This document shows positions 13,690 to 27,075 of a stretch of 64,000 bases of DNA, piece after piece (positions within the stretch are counted from its first letter, which is position 1; each line of letters begins with the position of its first letter). Source of the stretch: Octopus sinensis (lineage: Eukaryota); contig NC_043011.1 of NCBI RefSeq assembly GCF_006345805.1, positions 4,650,001 to 4,714,000 of the forward strand, given 5' to 3'. The notes under the pieces are model-generated. The model had not been told where the DNA came from. It searched no databases and was given only the letters and a program-made list of their open reading frames with translations. The position numbers were made by a program, and so were the translations under genes.

Positions 13690-14190
13690 AAGTATGATAT
13701 CTCTGGTATCTTTGGTATCTCTGATACATGTAACATCTCCATAATAGTTGATGCATTTGGTATAGTTGATATCTCCGGTATGAATGGTATTTTGTAGTAT
13801 GGCTGATATTACTTGCATGATTGGTATATCTACTATTTCTAATATCTCTGGTAGGCTGTCATCTCTACTCTGTAAGTTTGTATGTCGAAAGTATGAAATC
13901 TATACTATCTTTGCTATGCATGATATCTGGCTTGTGAGTTATCTCTGGCATATGGTAACATTTCCCCTATATGCGATATGTATGTTATATCTAATATTTC
14001 TGTTAACTTTCGATATTTCTGGTGTATGAAACATCTTTTGTATATCCGCTATCATTGGTAGTTCAAGCACAGCTGATAAAGACAGCTCTGGCAAAAGTAA
14101 TATCTATGGTATACGTAATATTTCTATCACATGTGATATATCAAAAAGAAAAAAAAATATCTAACATCTGACTCTACTATACCAATATCT
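13690..14190. repeat. Degenerate ~9-bp-period minisatellite (tgatatctc / tggtatctt)
   Basis: Recurrent gatatct/ggtatct units; one frame reads DISGIFGISD... Confidence 0.6.
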
Positions 14191-14853
14191 ATTTGATATA
14201 CATACATAGTACGTCACTAAAAATATTTAGAAAAAAAAGTGCGTGTAAAAATCTCACTTTACTCAGACCTGGTTTCCCTGTATCAAGACAAATATGTTGG
14301 TTTTGTCCTTGTTGCTGTTATGTAGTTCCAAGTCAGATCTATTTTCAAAGTCGTTTCTACTGTGATCATATCGCTCCGCTTTGTTTCCTGATATAATGTA
14401 CATTCAACCGTACTATTCTATAATTCTTCACTTTATTAAAACATTAGGGATCTTTGACTATTATTTCTAGCAGCTCAAGTAACCTCATAGAAGCTAGTTC
14501 GTTTAGGTGAACACCAGAAAATACATTAGATTAATAGCCAAGTTTTGACGCCATAGTTTCTAAACTAAATCAACCGGCCATTTTGACTCCGCACAAACAT
14601 TCTTAAAAGAAGCCGAAAATATTGTTTGAAGCAATCTATTTCTTCATCTACGTATTTCTGTGTCATTCGTTCGCACTCTCTAACCCTCTCTTTCTCTCAC
14701 AAAACGAACATATATAGATATGTGTATGTATGTATGTATGTATGTATGTATGTATGTATGTGTGTATATATATGTGTGTATATATATATGTGTGTATATA
14801 TATATTTGTGTATATATATATATATATATTTCTTTTCTCCCCAGACATAATAC

Positions 14854-14891
<38 letters not shown>

Positions 14892-14941
14892 ATAATATAT
14901 AGGTAAATATAGAAACTTACCCACATATACACACGCATACT

Positions 14942-14977
<36 letters not shown>

Positions 14978-15172
14978 ACACATACACGCATATTCAAATA
15001 TTTTCGCACCTGGTACTCTTTATTTCATCATCCTCTATATTTCCTGTTTGTATACGCACGTTCAGATTTAATGTATACAACAATATTATTTGAATAATTA
15101 GCACTCATTAGTGATATATACATACGCACACACACATATGTACACCCCCCACACCATATATGTATAAAAAAC

Positions 15173-15256
<84 letters not shown>

Positions 15257-15338
15257 TATATATATATATATATATCTATATATATATATATATACATTTA
15301 TATACAAATATATGTGTGTGTATATATATATATAATAT

Positions 15339-15494
15339 ATCAAAATAAGCAACAAGGATATCCAGAGGTAATGCAGTACGATCTTTTCATGCAACTCCAT
15401 TTAATTGAACAGTGCAATCATTGTTCAATTAAATGGAGTTGCATGAAACGATTGTACTGCATTATCTCTGGATATCCTTGTTGCTTATTTTGAT
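15339..15494. repeat. 156-bp palindrome built from the 3' half of an HHR-bearing element
   Basis: Arms symmetric about a caat loop (15415-15418). The right arm contains CAU-GAAAC-GAUU-GUA-CUGC and is homologous to 56470-56533. Confidence 0.85.
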
Positions 15495-15588
15495 TTTAAT
15501 CACATTACTTTGAAATTGTATGGATAATACCGTACTAAACTCTGGTGCCTCAACTTAAGTACCATATTCATCTGAATCTAAATTGTAT

Positions 15589-15633
<45 letters not shown>

Positions 15634-15931
15634 CATACATGCATGCATAGATAGATAGGGAACAGGGATAGAGAGAGGGTTTAACTACACCAAAGAGCAG
15701 ATAGCAAATCAGAAATGTGCACATATATTTTAACACTCTCTCGTACACCAGAACGTGAAATGCAATCTCTGCGGGATTTTACATCTGGAAAAAAAGATCT
15801 TTCTCTAGAATTTGTGTGTAAAGGGGCATCAAGCTGAACTCCAAATAGCGTCAGTTGGCCACCTAGCGAATATATTTTATGTTCTGGTATGTATGAATGT
15901 ATGTATGTATGTATGTATGTATGTATGTATG

Positions 15932-15965
<34 letters not shown>

Positions 15966-15990
15966 TGTATGTATGCATCTATCTATCTAT

Positions 15991-16049
<59 letters not shown>

Positions 16050-16193
16050 GTATTGTTCCATGATGGTAAGATCAACAAAAAAAGTTCTCCATCTGGTGAG
16101 AGATACCAGACGTGTTAAAAGTTACTGTCTGGGATGGTCTCACCACATGAAACTAATAGTAGCACATGGAAACATATATTCTGTATATTAAAT

Positions 16194-16286
<93 letters not shown>

Positions 16287-16554
16287 GTCTGCATAAATTC
16301 AAAACCAATCAAACTGTCAAAAGAAAGACATAGGAAAGAAAAGAAAGGTGGGGGAGAAAAGCTACAAAAGTGATGGGTATCATGTCAGTAACGAGGTCGC
16401 AGCAATGCGACGAAAGTTTTTCATACGTCACGTAATGTATACAAAATGGACCTAGCAGATTTTGTATTTTAAGATGGCTAAAATGGTTCTTGTACGATAT
16501 AATTAGTTATTACATCGTAGAAGACCCTTTTGCATGCATATTTACATACCTACA

Positions 16555-16855
16555 TACAGGATAATAAAAAAACGAAAACACTTACGAACGAAGTTGATTA
16601 TATTGAGACCGATGGGTCAAAAGAATATTGGTGGAACTTAAAAATTAAAACAGCCACGATGTTACAACATAACCAGCCAGATATTGTTGTGTGGGATCAC
16701 AAAAAAAAAGACATGTTCTGTTGTGGAAAGTTGCCCCGGGACACCAATGTGCTTAGAAAAATACGAGAGAAAGAGGACATCAATGGATCATTGATGAAGA
16801 GTTACAAATTCAGTACCCAACATACACTTTCAGCTTATACATATTACTCGTATTA
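16555..16855 (+). pseudogene. RLE endonuclease fragment of an R4/Dong-like LINE
   Basis: YWWNLKIKTATMLQHNQPDIVVWDHKKK...DTNVLRKIREKEDI (PD-(D/E)xK-type motif), frameshifted; starts after a catacctacatac tract. Confidence 0.7.
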
Positions 16856-17094
16856 ACCCGTCTAGAGCAAATTAGGGTTGAACTTGAAATCTTCGTGAGA
16901 GAAGTCAAATCCTTTATTCATACGCTACAAATGATCACGATATCTGGGACTATAAAGATCTGCGAGACCCTCTTAAGATTTAAAGGAGGATGGTTAAAAC
17001 AAGATGTTCTCATTCAAAGCCATGCTACCAAGTAGGTGGCCAGTCAAAATTTACTTTGAATTAAAAAGAGAAAGAGAATACACATACACATTCA

Positions 17095-17260
17095 TATACG
17101 ACGGTCTTCTTTCAGTTTCCATCTACCAAATCCACTCACAAGGCTTTGGTCAGTCCGAGTCTATAGTAGAAAACCCTTGCCCAAGGTGCCATGCAGTAGA
17201 ACTGAACCCGGAACCATGTCGTTGGGGAGCAAGCTTTTTACCGCACAGCCAAGCCTGCGT
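17095..17260 (-). mobile_element. SINE family A, 5' half
   Basis: gacggtcttctttcagtttcc...caaggtgccatgcagtagaactgaacccgg. Confidence 0.85.
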
Positions 17261-18640
17261 CTATGTGTGCATATTTGAAATCCTTGTCACATCTGCAGAA
17301 AATAATATATTATAAATGGTAAAGTGTGGTTTGACAGTGCATGGCTGAAACAAAAACATCAACAGCATGAACAATTTCCATAACAGCAGTTACAACAACA
17401 CAGATGTTCAAGCTAAGGAGGGAGTTTTATGTAGTCGCTCTGATTAGCTAGAAATAGCAGCCAGGATTCTTTTAAATCATACCTTCCCTATCATCTTGAT
17501 AACGGAACAGCACATTAGATTAGTCCTAGAGAGGGCAAAGTCGGAGGAAATAAGAACTGTGCAGTAACAATCGAATGTTGCTGGTCGAACAAGATTGAGA
17601 AATATCTCATCTCGCCAAATGAGAATGATAAGAGTATTTTTTAATGATATTTGAGAGAGAGATGGGGGAAAGAAAGAGGGAGAGAGAAAGAACAGCTGGT
17701 TATTATAATAAAATAGAGAGACTTAAAATTACAAAAGGAGGTTTAAAATGGCATTACATACTAATATAATGGTAGTCTCTCGTAGTTCGAGAAAGACAGT
17801 TTAGCGATTTCTAACCGAACAACCTGTACAAATGATTTGTTTATTGTGATCAAATGTATGATGATGCTTGAACAAGGACCAGTTAAACACTGGGGTTGAG
17901 GTAATCGATTTTTCTCCCACTCCTAAAAAGTTGTTGGCCTTGCACCAAGAATTGAAACCGATATTTACCAGGTTTTTAAAATTTTGTCCATATTGGCCTC
18001 GATTTGATTTGAAATCGAATTACATTCGGCTAAAATGTTATTTAAAAACTTGTCAGCTGAGATGGAGACATGTGTTGTGTAGGACTGTATACTTCCCCGA
18101 ATTTCATCAATCATACCGTTATGGGTGCACAGGAAAGGAATATAAAATACATAAATCTAGCCGCAGGAATCAAGATCTAGATATCGTGAGAAAGTAGGTG
18201 TTTATTCAATACTAATTAAAGAACCTAATTTTATTAGAGTTTTCTATTTCTGCTTATATCACGCGACAAACGCTAGCGAGAAAATTAGTGTCCTGGGGTA
18301 AAAAAAAGAGTTGTTGACCGGAAGAGGAATTTGACAAGAGATTTAACGACAGGAAGTAGAGCAACTTGTCTGAATAATACGTTCCGACGTACAAATAAAA
18401 ACAGAAAAATTAGAAAACGGAGAAAAAGACCCTCTGTCATCCATCTTTTTCTTCCTGCCATCAATTAACAGGAAGTTAGAATTCCCTGGAATCTTAAGGC
18501 GTTAGCAAAATGAACTTTACAAACAAAATGTCACAGCAACAGTTTCAGTAAACTTTCGCCACGGTTTGATTGTGGACTTAGTTGAGATGGTACTTGGTTC
18601 GATCAACAAGCATTATGACGTTAATTGAATAGCCAATATG

Positions 18641-18712
<72 letters not shown>

Positions 18713-18721
18713 CCTACCTAC

Positions 18722-18810
<89 letters not shown>

Positions 18811-19407
18811 CCTACCTACCTACCTACCTATCTATCTGTCTGTCTGTCTGTCTATCAAGTGGTCAGTGATCTATCTATATTTGTGCTTGCATTTTACGTT
18901 TGTGTGCAGGTACGTGCGTACGTACGTACGTACGTTTGTACGTATGTATGTATGTATTATGTATGTATGTATGTATGTATGTATGTATGTATGTATGTAT
19001 GTATGTATGTATGTATGTATGTATGTATGTATGGTGGCTATCTGCTCCTTGCAGGGCTTAACATCTTATATCTATAATTGCTCTTTCCTAGCAATTGAAA
19101 GATGTTTGAATTACGGATCACATATACAACAGCTATGTCTCATTTCTGCATTGATTATACATACACCGATGGACAAACAGTTGCTAATGGCATCAATGCA
19201 TTTGTAAAATAGTTATACAGAAGGGAGTATATGAAAAAAGCTATCAAGTCGAAAGACAGGAAAATCAAGAAAGCAAGAGTTCACATTAATTCTTTATATA
19301 TATAGGTATATATCCCGAAAGATCATAATTCAATATCGCAGATAAAAGAGATGAGGACCCGAGTAGTCAATCGAAGAGGTTGTTCATGGATAGATTAACT
19401 GATGAGT

Positions 19408-19529
19408 CCAAACTTGAACCTCACAAATGAGAGAGTAGAGAATACAACAGTAGACTGAGCCCAGGGTTTTCTGTATGTATTATATACATTTTCTGACATG
19501 TTCCTACCCATTGTATACACACGCGCGCG

Positions 19530-19601
<72 letters not shown>

Positions 19602-19746
19602 AACACACACGCACATACGCGCGCGCACGTGTGTGTGTGTGTACAATAGGTAGGAATACGTCGTAAAATGCGCTTTAGTAGATACGGAAAACCGCTGCTC
19701 AGTCTACCGTTGCATTCTCTACTCTTATTTGTGAGGTTCAAATTTG
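19408..19746. repeat. Old foldback/MITE-like element: ~115-bp imperfect inverted arms around a CA/TA microsatellite
   Basis: ttgaacctcacaaatgagagagtagagaatacaacagtagactgagc versus the reverse complement of gctcagtctaccgttgcattctctactcttatttgtgaggttcaa; similarity continues inward to the microsatellite. Confidence 0.75.
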
Positions 19747-20397
19747 AATACATAAATTAGTTGTAATAGAGTTCTTTGAAATTTTACTAGTTTGACCCCT
19801 GTCCCATGTGGTTACATTGAAGCCCATTAAATTTAGACTGTTCTTCATATTTGCTCACTTGCTTCTTCTTCATGATGTTTCTGTGCATGACGTAGTTCTT
19901 GCGTAGCTCTTCCTATTGAACCTGATACTTTTAATAAATTTAATCTATTGCATTTTATTCCAGAATATTGTAGAATATTTCAGATATGATTATGCAGAGT
20001 GTCAAAGGAAGTGTTTAGTCAGTTGAATTTGGCTGGATAGGAATAGTTTTCTCTCTATCTCTGATCCATCGCTTTGAATTTCAGACCTTCAAAGATGACT
20101 GATGCAACCTACACTTGAATATCTATAATATCTATCTATCTATCTATCCCCTTTTTTCTTCTTTTTTCATTTCTCTTTCCTTTTGTTCCTTTTCCTTTTC
20201 TTTTTTTTTCTTTTTATTCTTTTTATTTTATTCAATTTTTTTTGTTTTTGTTCTTTTCTTCCCTTTTACGATCCCTCTTGATCGAAAACCTACGCCACCC
20301 CCTTTTTTTTCTTTTGTTCTCTTCATCCCCCAAAAGAAAAGCTCTACCTTGTAACTTGTCCCATCTGTGTGCAGCCCTGTGTGGCCAATAAAGAAAC

Positions 20398-20474
<77 letters not shown>

Positions 20475-20526
20475 CCTATCTATCTATATATCTATCTATC
20501 TATCTGTCTGTCTGTCTGTCTGACTG

Positions 20527-20576
<50 letters not shown>

Positions 20577-20616
20577 GATCTATCTATCTCTCTGTCTGTC
20601 TGTCTGTGTCTGTCTG

Positions 20617-20659
<43 letters not shown>

Positions 20660-21387
20660 ATCTACCATGCCCTCTTGGGGACATTAACGACAATTGAAAT
20701 GGAAGCGTTACATTCGGGAATTGAAACTGAGCCACTGATTTTGCTTGTCCAGACCTCACTTCTACTCTATAGTATTCAACGTCGTACACTATATCATCAA
20801 TTAGGCATCCAAGTAATGTTTATTGGGTGGGCGTCGGTTAATGCAACATAAACAGCTGCCGATTAGATGAAACTTGAATCAGTAAACCGCTCGCGTCTGT
20901 GCCCTCCCTCTGCCCTTTGTATCTAGTAACATTCCCTACTTTTAAGTGACTTACCAACAAGAATGGTAAGTTCTCGAGAAGATTCCTGCAGTAATAATGC
21001 ACTCACAGATGTTTTTGAAGAAACAGCTAAGGCATTACTGGTCTTGTAACCCAGCAGGCAACATAAGGGCTGTTTACTTTAATGATTTAAGCGGCCGACT
21101 TTTGGGAACTTCAGGTAAGACACACGAACAGCCAATCGCAATGCTGAAATTTTAAATGACTGAAATGATTGTTCGTAGAACACTTTCTGTTGCTGTTGTT
21201 GTTGTTGTTATAGAAAACTGGCAACTTCGATGGGGCCCTTGTTAAAACAAATTACAAGGTTATTAACGATCTTGATTAAGACTATATCGTGTTTCATAGC
21301 ATTTCTGTTTGCATTCACACGAAGTTTGTTGCGCCTTCTTCATGGAAGTCGGCAGAACTTTTGTAACACTGAAATAACATTAACTGA

Positions 21388-21457
<70 letters not shown>

Positions 21458-21733
21458 GTTTCAAATTTTGCCACAAATCCAGTAGTTTTAGAAGGAAGGC
21501 TTTAGCGTATCACATTGAACCCTAGTGTTAAACTGGTATTTATTTTATCGACGAAGAGGTGTAAAGCGGAATTGACTTTGGCGAAATTTGAACTTAGAAA
21601 CGCGCTAACGATCCTGCCAGCTACGTCTCCATAATGACTATTTCTGATTTAGACAAAAAAAGCAGCAATTTCGAGGTAGGAGGATTAGTTGAATAATAAT
21701 GATAGTAACAACAACAACAACGACGACAACAGC

Positions 21734-21809
<76 letters not shown>

Positions 21810-22056
21810 GTAACAACAATAACAACAACATCGAAAACAATAATAATTGTTTCTCAAGACCTGAAATTTCGAGGAAAACCTTCTCAATTCTATCGATCAG
21901 TGTTCAGCTTGTACTTTTACCGATTTTGAAAGGATGGAAGACAAACTTGACATTGGCAGAATTTGAACACAGAACATAAACCAGGAAGAAGTTTCGCCCG
22001 TTTTGTCCGACGTACTAACGGTTCTGTGCCAGCTCTCAACGGCAACAACAACAACA

Positions 22057-22245
22057 GTGGAGGCGCAATGGCCCAGTGGTTAGGGCAGCTGACTAGCGGT
22101 CGTAAGAACGCGGTTTCGATCCCCATACCGGGCATTGTGAGTGTTTATTGAGCAAAAACACCTAAAGTTCCACGAGGCTCCGGCAGGGGGTGGGGGTGGT
22201 GAACCCCGCTGTACCCTTTCACCACAACTTTCTCTTTTTCTTCTT
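22057..22245 (+). mobile_element. tRNA-derived SINE family C (5' part), following a (CAA)n tract
   Basis: A box tggcccagtgg, B box gtttcgatccc; matches 25618-25800. Confidence 0.8.
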
Positions 22246-22534
22246 ACTTCTGCTACAAAGTAGAGGAAACATGGTGTAACCCACTATGGTGCTGTAAACT
22301 TTCAGACCCTAGTCTAGATTGCGATTCCTCTGTACCCCATGATGGTTCAGCTCTCCACCCGTTAAAAGCCACCGTTTGCGGAATGAGGATTACAACGTAG
22401 CTTTCGCGCCCGTGCAACCGACAGTCTATTGCGTGTGGTGGGTGGATCTTCAAGTTGCCACACGCATTCTTAGTAGCTTAGAGTAGGCTCGAATTAGAGA
22501 TTATTATTTGTGGCTAATGGCGTGAGTCCTGATT

Positions 22535-22790
22535 GGAAGAAGAGGAAGAAGAAGGAGGAGAAGAAGAAGAAGAAGAAGAAGAAGAAGAAGAAGAGAAGAA
22601 GAAGAAGAAGAAGAAGAAGGAGGAGGAGAAGAAGAAGAAGAAGAAGAAGAAAGAAGAGAAGAAGAAGAAGAAGAAGAAGAAGAAGAAGGAGGAGGAGAAG
22701 AAGAAGAAGAAGAAGAAGAAGAAGAAGAAGAAGAAGAAGAAGGAGGAGGAGAAGAAGAAGAAGAAGAAGAAGAAGAAGAAGAAGAAGGCA
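22535..22790. repeat. (GAA/GGA)n pure polypurine tract
   Basis: Directly visible; source of the poly-K/E/R/S/F pseudo-ORFs. Confidence 0.98.
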
Positions 22791-23889
22791 ACAACAACAA
22801 CAATGATAATAATCCTTTCTACCGTAGGCACATGGCCTGAAATTTGGGGGATTGTATTGACCCCAGTACTTTACTACTACCTATTTCATCGACCTCGAAA
22901 GGATGAAAGGTAAAGCTGACCTTGTAAGAATTAGAACGCAGAACGTTAAGCCTGAAGAAATGCGGCTAAACAGTTTGTCCTGTGTCCTAATATGAGCAAA
23001 GAATGAGGAAACTTTGCTAAAATGAATTGCAGAAAATGAAAATCAGGCTTAAAATAAAACAAAAAGCAAAACGGAAACCTCATTTATTGAAGTGAGACTA
23101 AAACCAATCAGAGAATCCAATATATCTTGAGTTAATTAATTACCAAAGGCCCACTCCAGTTGTGGTATCCGGCCGACAGGAAACTGTATGCCGAGAATAG
23201 AGCCATTGACACAAATCATGTTCTTTACATTCCTTCAGCTTTCAGAAATTTTACTCGAGAGAAGCAACTTCTTTTCCACTCCCAACCTCCTTTTCATGTG
23301 GTATTCCATAAAGTCGGTAAATGCTAGGTTAAAGAAGAAATGTTCTGTCCTCAGTCCTTTAATTCTTTTCCATCACGCTCCTTTTTTTTCTTTTTTTGCC
23401 CTGACACCAAAAACGAGAGAAAGCTAGCAGGTTGACCCTTATGAATTCGGCTGAAAGCCGAATCTGCCCTACTCATAGCAAAAGTTGTTCAAATCAACAA
23501 TCTTGGCGCATTGAAAGAGTGCATGAAGAAAAGATACGCAGCTCTTAGCTTATGTTGGTTTGAAATAAACTCCACAGCCATGGAAGTTTCGTTTGGCTGC
23601 ACATCCGTGGCTCCAGAATTGACCAAGGGCCAATAATGCTTATTGATAGTAATACTAAGTCAATGATTTATTGTTGTCCATAGCACTGTGTAACAAAATT
23701 TTCATTTATTACTTTTTGTTTTTTGTCTTTGATCAGTGTTATTTCCTATTTATTTCTATTCAGAAATCAAAGGAAATGACTACTATTTTCTTCAGACTTT
23801 TGTGATCTGGACATCAATGTCTTGAAACTGACCTATTTTCCATTACATTTCAGATTCAGCACTGAGTTTGCTGAAGCAGAAATATCGTT

Positions 23890-24075
23890 ATAGCAAATAT
23901 TCTGCTCAAGACCACAAATTTAGTTGTCAGTTGCTTGACCTTAACGTTCACTTGAGCATATTCCTTAGTGGCTGGCAATATGTGCATCTCTGATCAGGAA
24001 CAGAAGTAGTTGGAGGTGGTGGTATCATAGCCATGTGTTGAAAGGGATTCTTTGGGGGGGGGGGGGTTAATAAAT
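23890..24075 (+). repeat. Fragment of an unclassified interspersed repeat, same family as 56740-57250
   Basis: caaatattctgctcaagaccaca...gcatctctgatcaggaacagaagtagt matches the reverse complement of 57030-57150. Confidence 0.7.
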
Positions 24076-24424
24076 ATCGTAACAAAGGCAAAGTTTGAAG
24101 GAAATAGTAGCCATTTTTCCTGCTTTCTATGGGTAAGCAAATAGGAAATAACAGGTTCTGCTCACGGACAAAAATCGTGTTACACAGTGTGGTCATCAGA
24201 TTAAAAGTACTCTGGGAACTGCAGATTCTTTGCAACGCCTAGAGTAACTTATCACCCAAGAACAAAATCGCTTTTGCTCGTCACTAAACCTCTGTGGAAT
24301 TCAAGAGCTGACGTTGCAATAGCCAAATCTTCCTTCCTCAAGACTCACGTTGTCATCTTTAAAAAGAAAGGAAGGATAGAGTGGGAAATCTAGTTCTAGT
24401 TACATTATTTATCATCTATCTTTT

Positions 24425-24815
24425 ATCATTTAACTTTTGCTTGTTTCAGTCAGTGGACCATCGGTGCTGGTTTGTTTTCGTTCGCATAACTTAGCAGTTC
24501 AGCAACAAGCGACCAATAGAATAAGGACCAGACTTTAAAAATGTAAGTACTGGGGTCGATTTGTTAAACTAAACCCTTCAAAGTCTGGTCCTTATTCTAT
24601 TGGTCGCTTGTTGTTGAACCGCTAAGTTATGCGAACGAAAACAAACCAGCACCGGTTGTCAAGCGATGGTAGGGGTAAAACAAAGATACACATACAGAGA
24701 TATATTCATATATACAACAGGCTTCTTTCAGTTGCTGCCAATGAAATCTACCCACAAAGCATTGGTCGGCCCGGGACTGCCCAAGGTTCCACGCAGTGGG
24801 ACTGAACTCGAACAA
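24425..24815 (-). mobile_element. SINE family A containing an internal inverted duplication
   Basis: Arms 24462-24536 and 24580-24654 are near-perfect reverse complements. Confidence 0.8.
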
Positions 24816-25617
24816 CGTATTCTTTAAAAAGAAGTGTATATGATAATCGCAGCTGTAATATCTTATGTCATAGAGTTACTTGGTCAGGGTCTACTTGGAG
24901 TTAGACAACGGCAACAATAACAACAGCAGAAACAAATATAATTACTCATTATGAAATATAATTTCTCATTATGAAATATAATTTCTCATTATGAAGAATA
25001 ATTCATCCTTCGAATGTGTTATTGCATAATAACTTGCTCTCAACAGTAAAAAGGAAAAGCCTCTGCCTCGATCATTACACGAAATAAAAGGATTCACAGA
25101 AAAATTTTCATTATTTCAGATGAGAAAGAAATGATGTTAAAAAAAAGCCAACAATTACCATTGCAGATGAAGAAGCGATTTATGTATGACAGAGATTGAT
25201 CAGAAAGCCTTACATAATGTGAATTCTCTAAATATTAACTGCAATTTGTAAGGTGGCTCTCATAATAAACAGATACATCAAGCATGTCACGAGGAAATGA
25301 GAAACCATTTAATACAGCTACACATGAGAGGGATATGCAATGAGGAGGTGTAACGGTATCAGGTTGGAAAAATTCCAAAGTGATACCTGTCTTGTTAACA
25401 CTTTGACCAACATGCTACACTGCACTGCTCAAATAAGCCAATGGGAAAATTCGGGGGTTTTCGGCTTGCTAGAAATAGCAACCAAATCTCCATCTTGCTC
25501 CTTATCAACTTAAATAAAATGAAAAAATAAATAAACAATGGATAATGTAGTCCTACTCATACTCTTAAAATGGCGAGATGGCCACGGTTAGAAACACATA
25601 ATCATCGGCAGCTGCAA

Positions 25618-25970
25618 GTGGAGGCGCAATGGCCCAGTGGTTAGGGCAGCGGACTCACGGGCGGAGGATCGCGCTTTCGATTCCCAGACCGGGCGTTGTG
25701 AGTGTTTATTGAGCGAAAACACCTAAAGCTTCACGAGGCACCGGCAGGGGGTGGTAGCGAACCTTGTTGTACTCTTTCGCCCCAACTTTCTTTCACTCTC
25801 TCTTCCTGTTTCTTGGATGCGCATTCATCCATCCGTCGATGCTCTCGGTGTCGGGGGTTGACCTGCTTTCTCTTCTGCTGGTCTTACGAATAGCAAAGGA
25901 CCACGTTTCGGACTTCTCCCATCTTGCGAGCTCTGGGACGAAGGCCTTTCGCTCAACAGCAACAGCACAG
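25618..25970 (+). mobile_element. SINE family C, probably full length with caacagcaacagca tail
   Basis: The head matches the 22057 copy. The 3' extent is inferred from the CAA/CAG-type tail and cannot be confirmed inside this window. Confidence 0.65.
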
Positions 25971-26734
25971 CTCAGCTGCTGCGGTAGTAGCAGCAGCATC
26001 TCTGTACTAACAACACGTACTCGAAAACTGCCCGTAAGTCCGTTACTTGTCTATTTAGAGATATTTGAACATTTTTGTTATACATTTTGTTGTTAACTTA
26101 ACCAGATACAAGACAACCAGCTTCGGCTCGTCTTTAGAGGGTATGTCGCTGCAATAAACAACAGGATTTGCTCGATATTCAAAGTAAATGAGGACCTCTT
26201 GGAATGCGCACGCTCCGTCAAGGTTGTCCTCCCTCATTCTCTCTACGTTCTGGCTCTCAAACCACTCCCGGTCGAAGTTGTTGAAAGGAAGTTCGCACAT
26301 GGAACACCGTAGAGCCGTGTCGGTAGGCCACTAGCCTTAACACTAACATCATTAATAACACCAACACTGCAATTTATGGTTTCGCTTACGCGGTTCGAAT
26401 GTGAGAATCGATTTCTTTATCGCCGCAGGATTTGAAAAGTGGCAAAAGATTTTCCTAACCCAGATTGAAGAACAGTATCTTTAAGCATACCACCACAAAT
26501 ATAAAAGGTTCCCACAGAAAAAAGGATTATGTATAGATGTATAAGACTGAAGTTCGGAGAAATGAAGCAAACAACACAAAGCCAGATTGAGAAGTGTCTT
26601 AAACAAATAGACTTTGCTGTTCATCCTTTTGGGGTCCTATTGTACCCGTCAAGTACCAGGGTAGATGTAATCGACTAGTCCCTTCCCCCCAAATTTCAAG
26701 GCCTTGTGCCTTCAGTAGAAAGAATTAAAATGTT

Positions 26735-26897
26735 GTATGGTGGACGAGATAGAAGGGGATGAAGACAAACAGTTTTCTCTTTGGCCAATTCCTGATGAAC
26801 TTCTTCAAGTTTCACTTGAAAAGGAAAATAAGGGGAGAGAGTGAAGTGTTGTCTTCCAGCCAGTTTGCTGAAAGGTGGATGAAAGTGGCGAGAATGA
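26735..26897 (+). pseudogene. L1/Tx1-type LINE ORF2 C-terminal fragment
   Basis: VVWWTR*KGMKTNSFLFGQFLMNFFKFHLKRKIR; homologous to minus-strand 30980-31110 (WARLKGLKTGTFLFDQALIDVFKFNLKRK). Confidence 0.6.
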
Positions 26898-26929
26898 TGA
26901 TGATGATTATTATTATTATTATTTTATTA

Positions 26930-27036
<107 letters not shown>

Positions 27037-27075
27037 CACTATTATTATCATCATTATCATTATTATTATTATTAC

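Noticed and set aside
19399-19420. CUGAUGA-GUCC hammerhead-like core
   Set aside because: No matching GGAC-GAAA stem II partner or NUH/stem I arrangement follows.
23830-24130. Strong acceptor (atttcAG near 23855) and donor (GTAAGC near 24135)
   Set aside because: The intervening sequence is mostly an interspersed repeat, and the frames close with stops.
24945-24995. 20-bp tandem triplication
   Set aside because: Ordinary slippage duplication with no further structure.
25618-25695. tRNA-like sequence with A and B boxes (also 22057 and 40464)
   Set aside because: It continues into SINE body sequence and has no convincing cloverleaf acceptor stem; these are SINE heads.
26270-26330. FYVE-like WxxD...CxxC start in the minus ORF
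   Set aside because: The spacing is off by one and the required R(R/K)HHCRxCG motif is absent.
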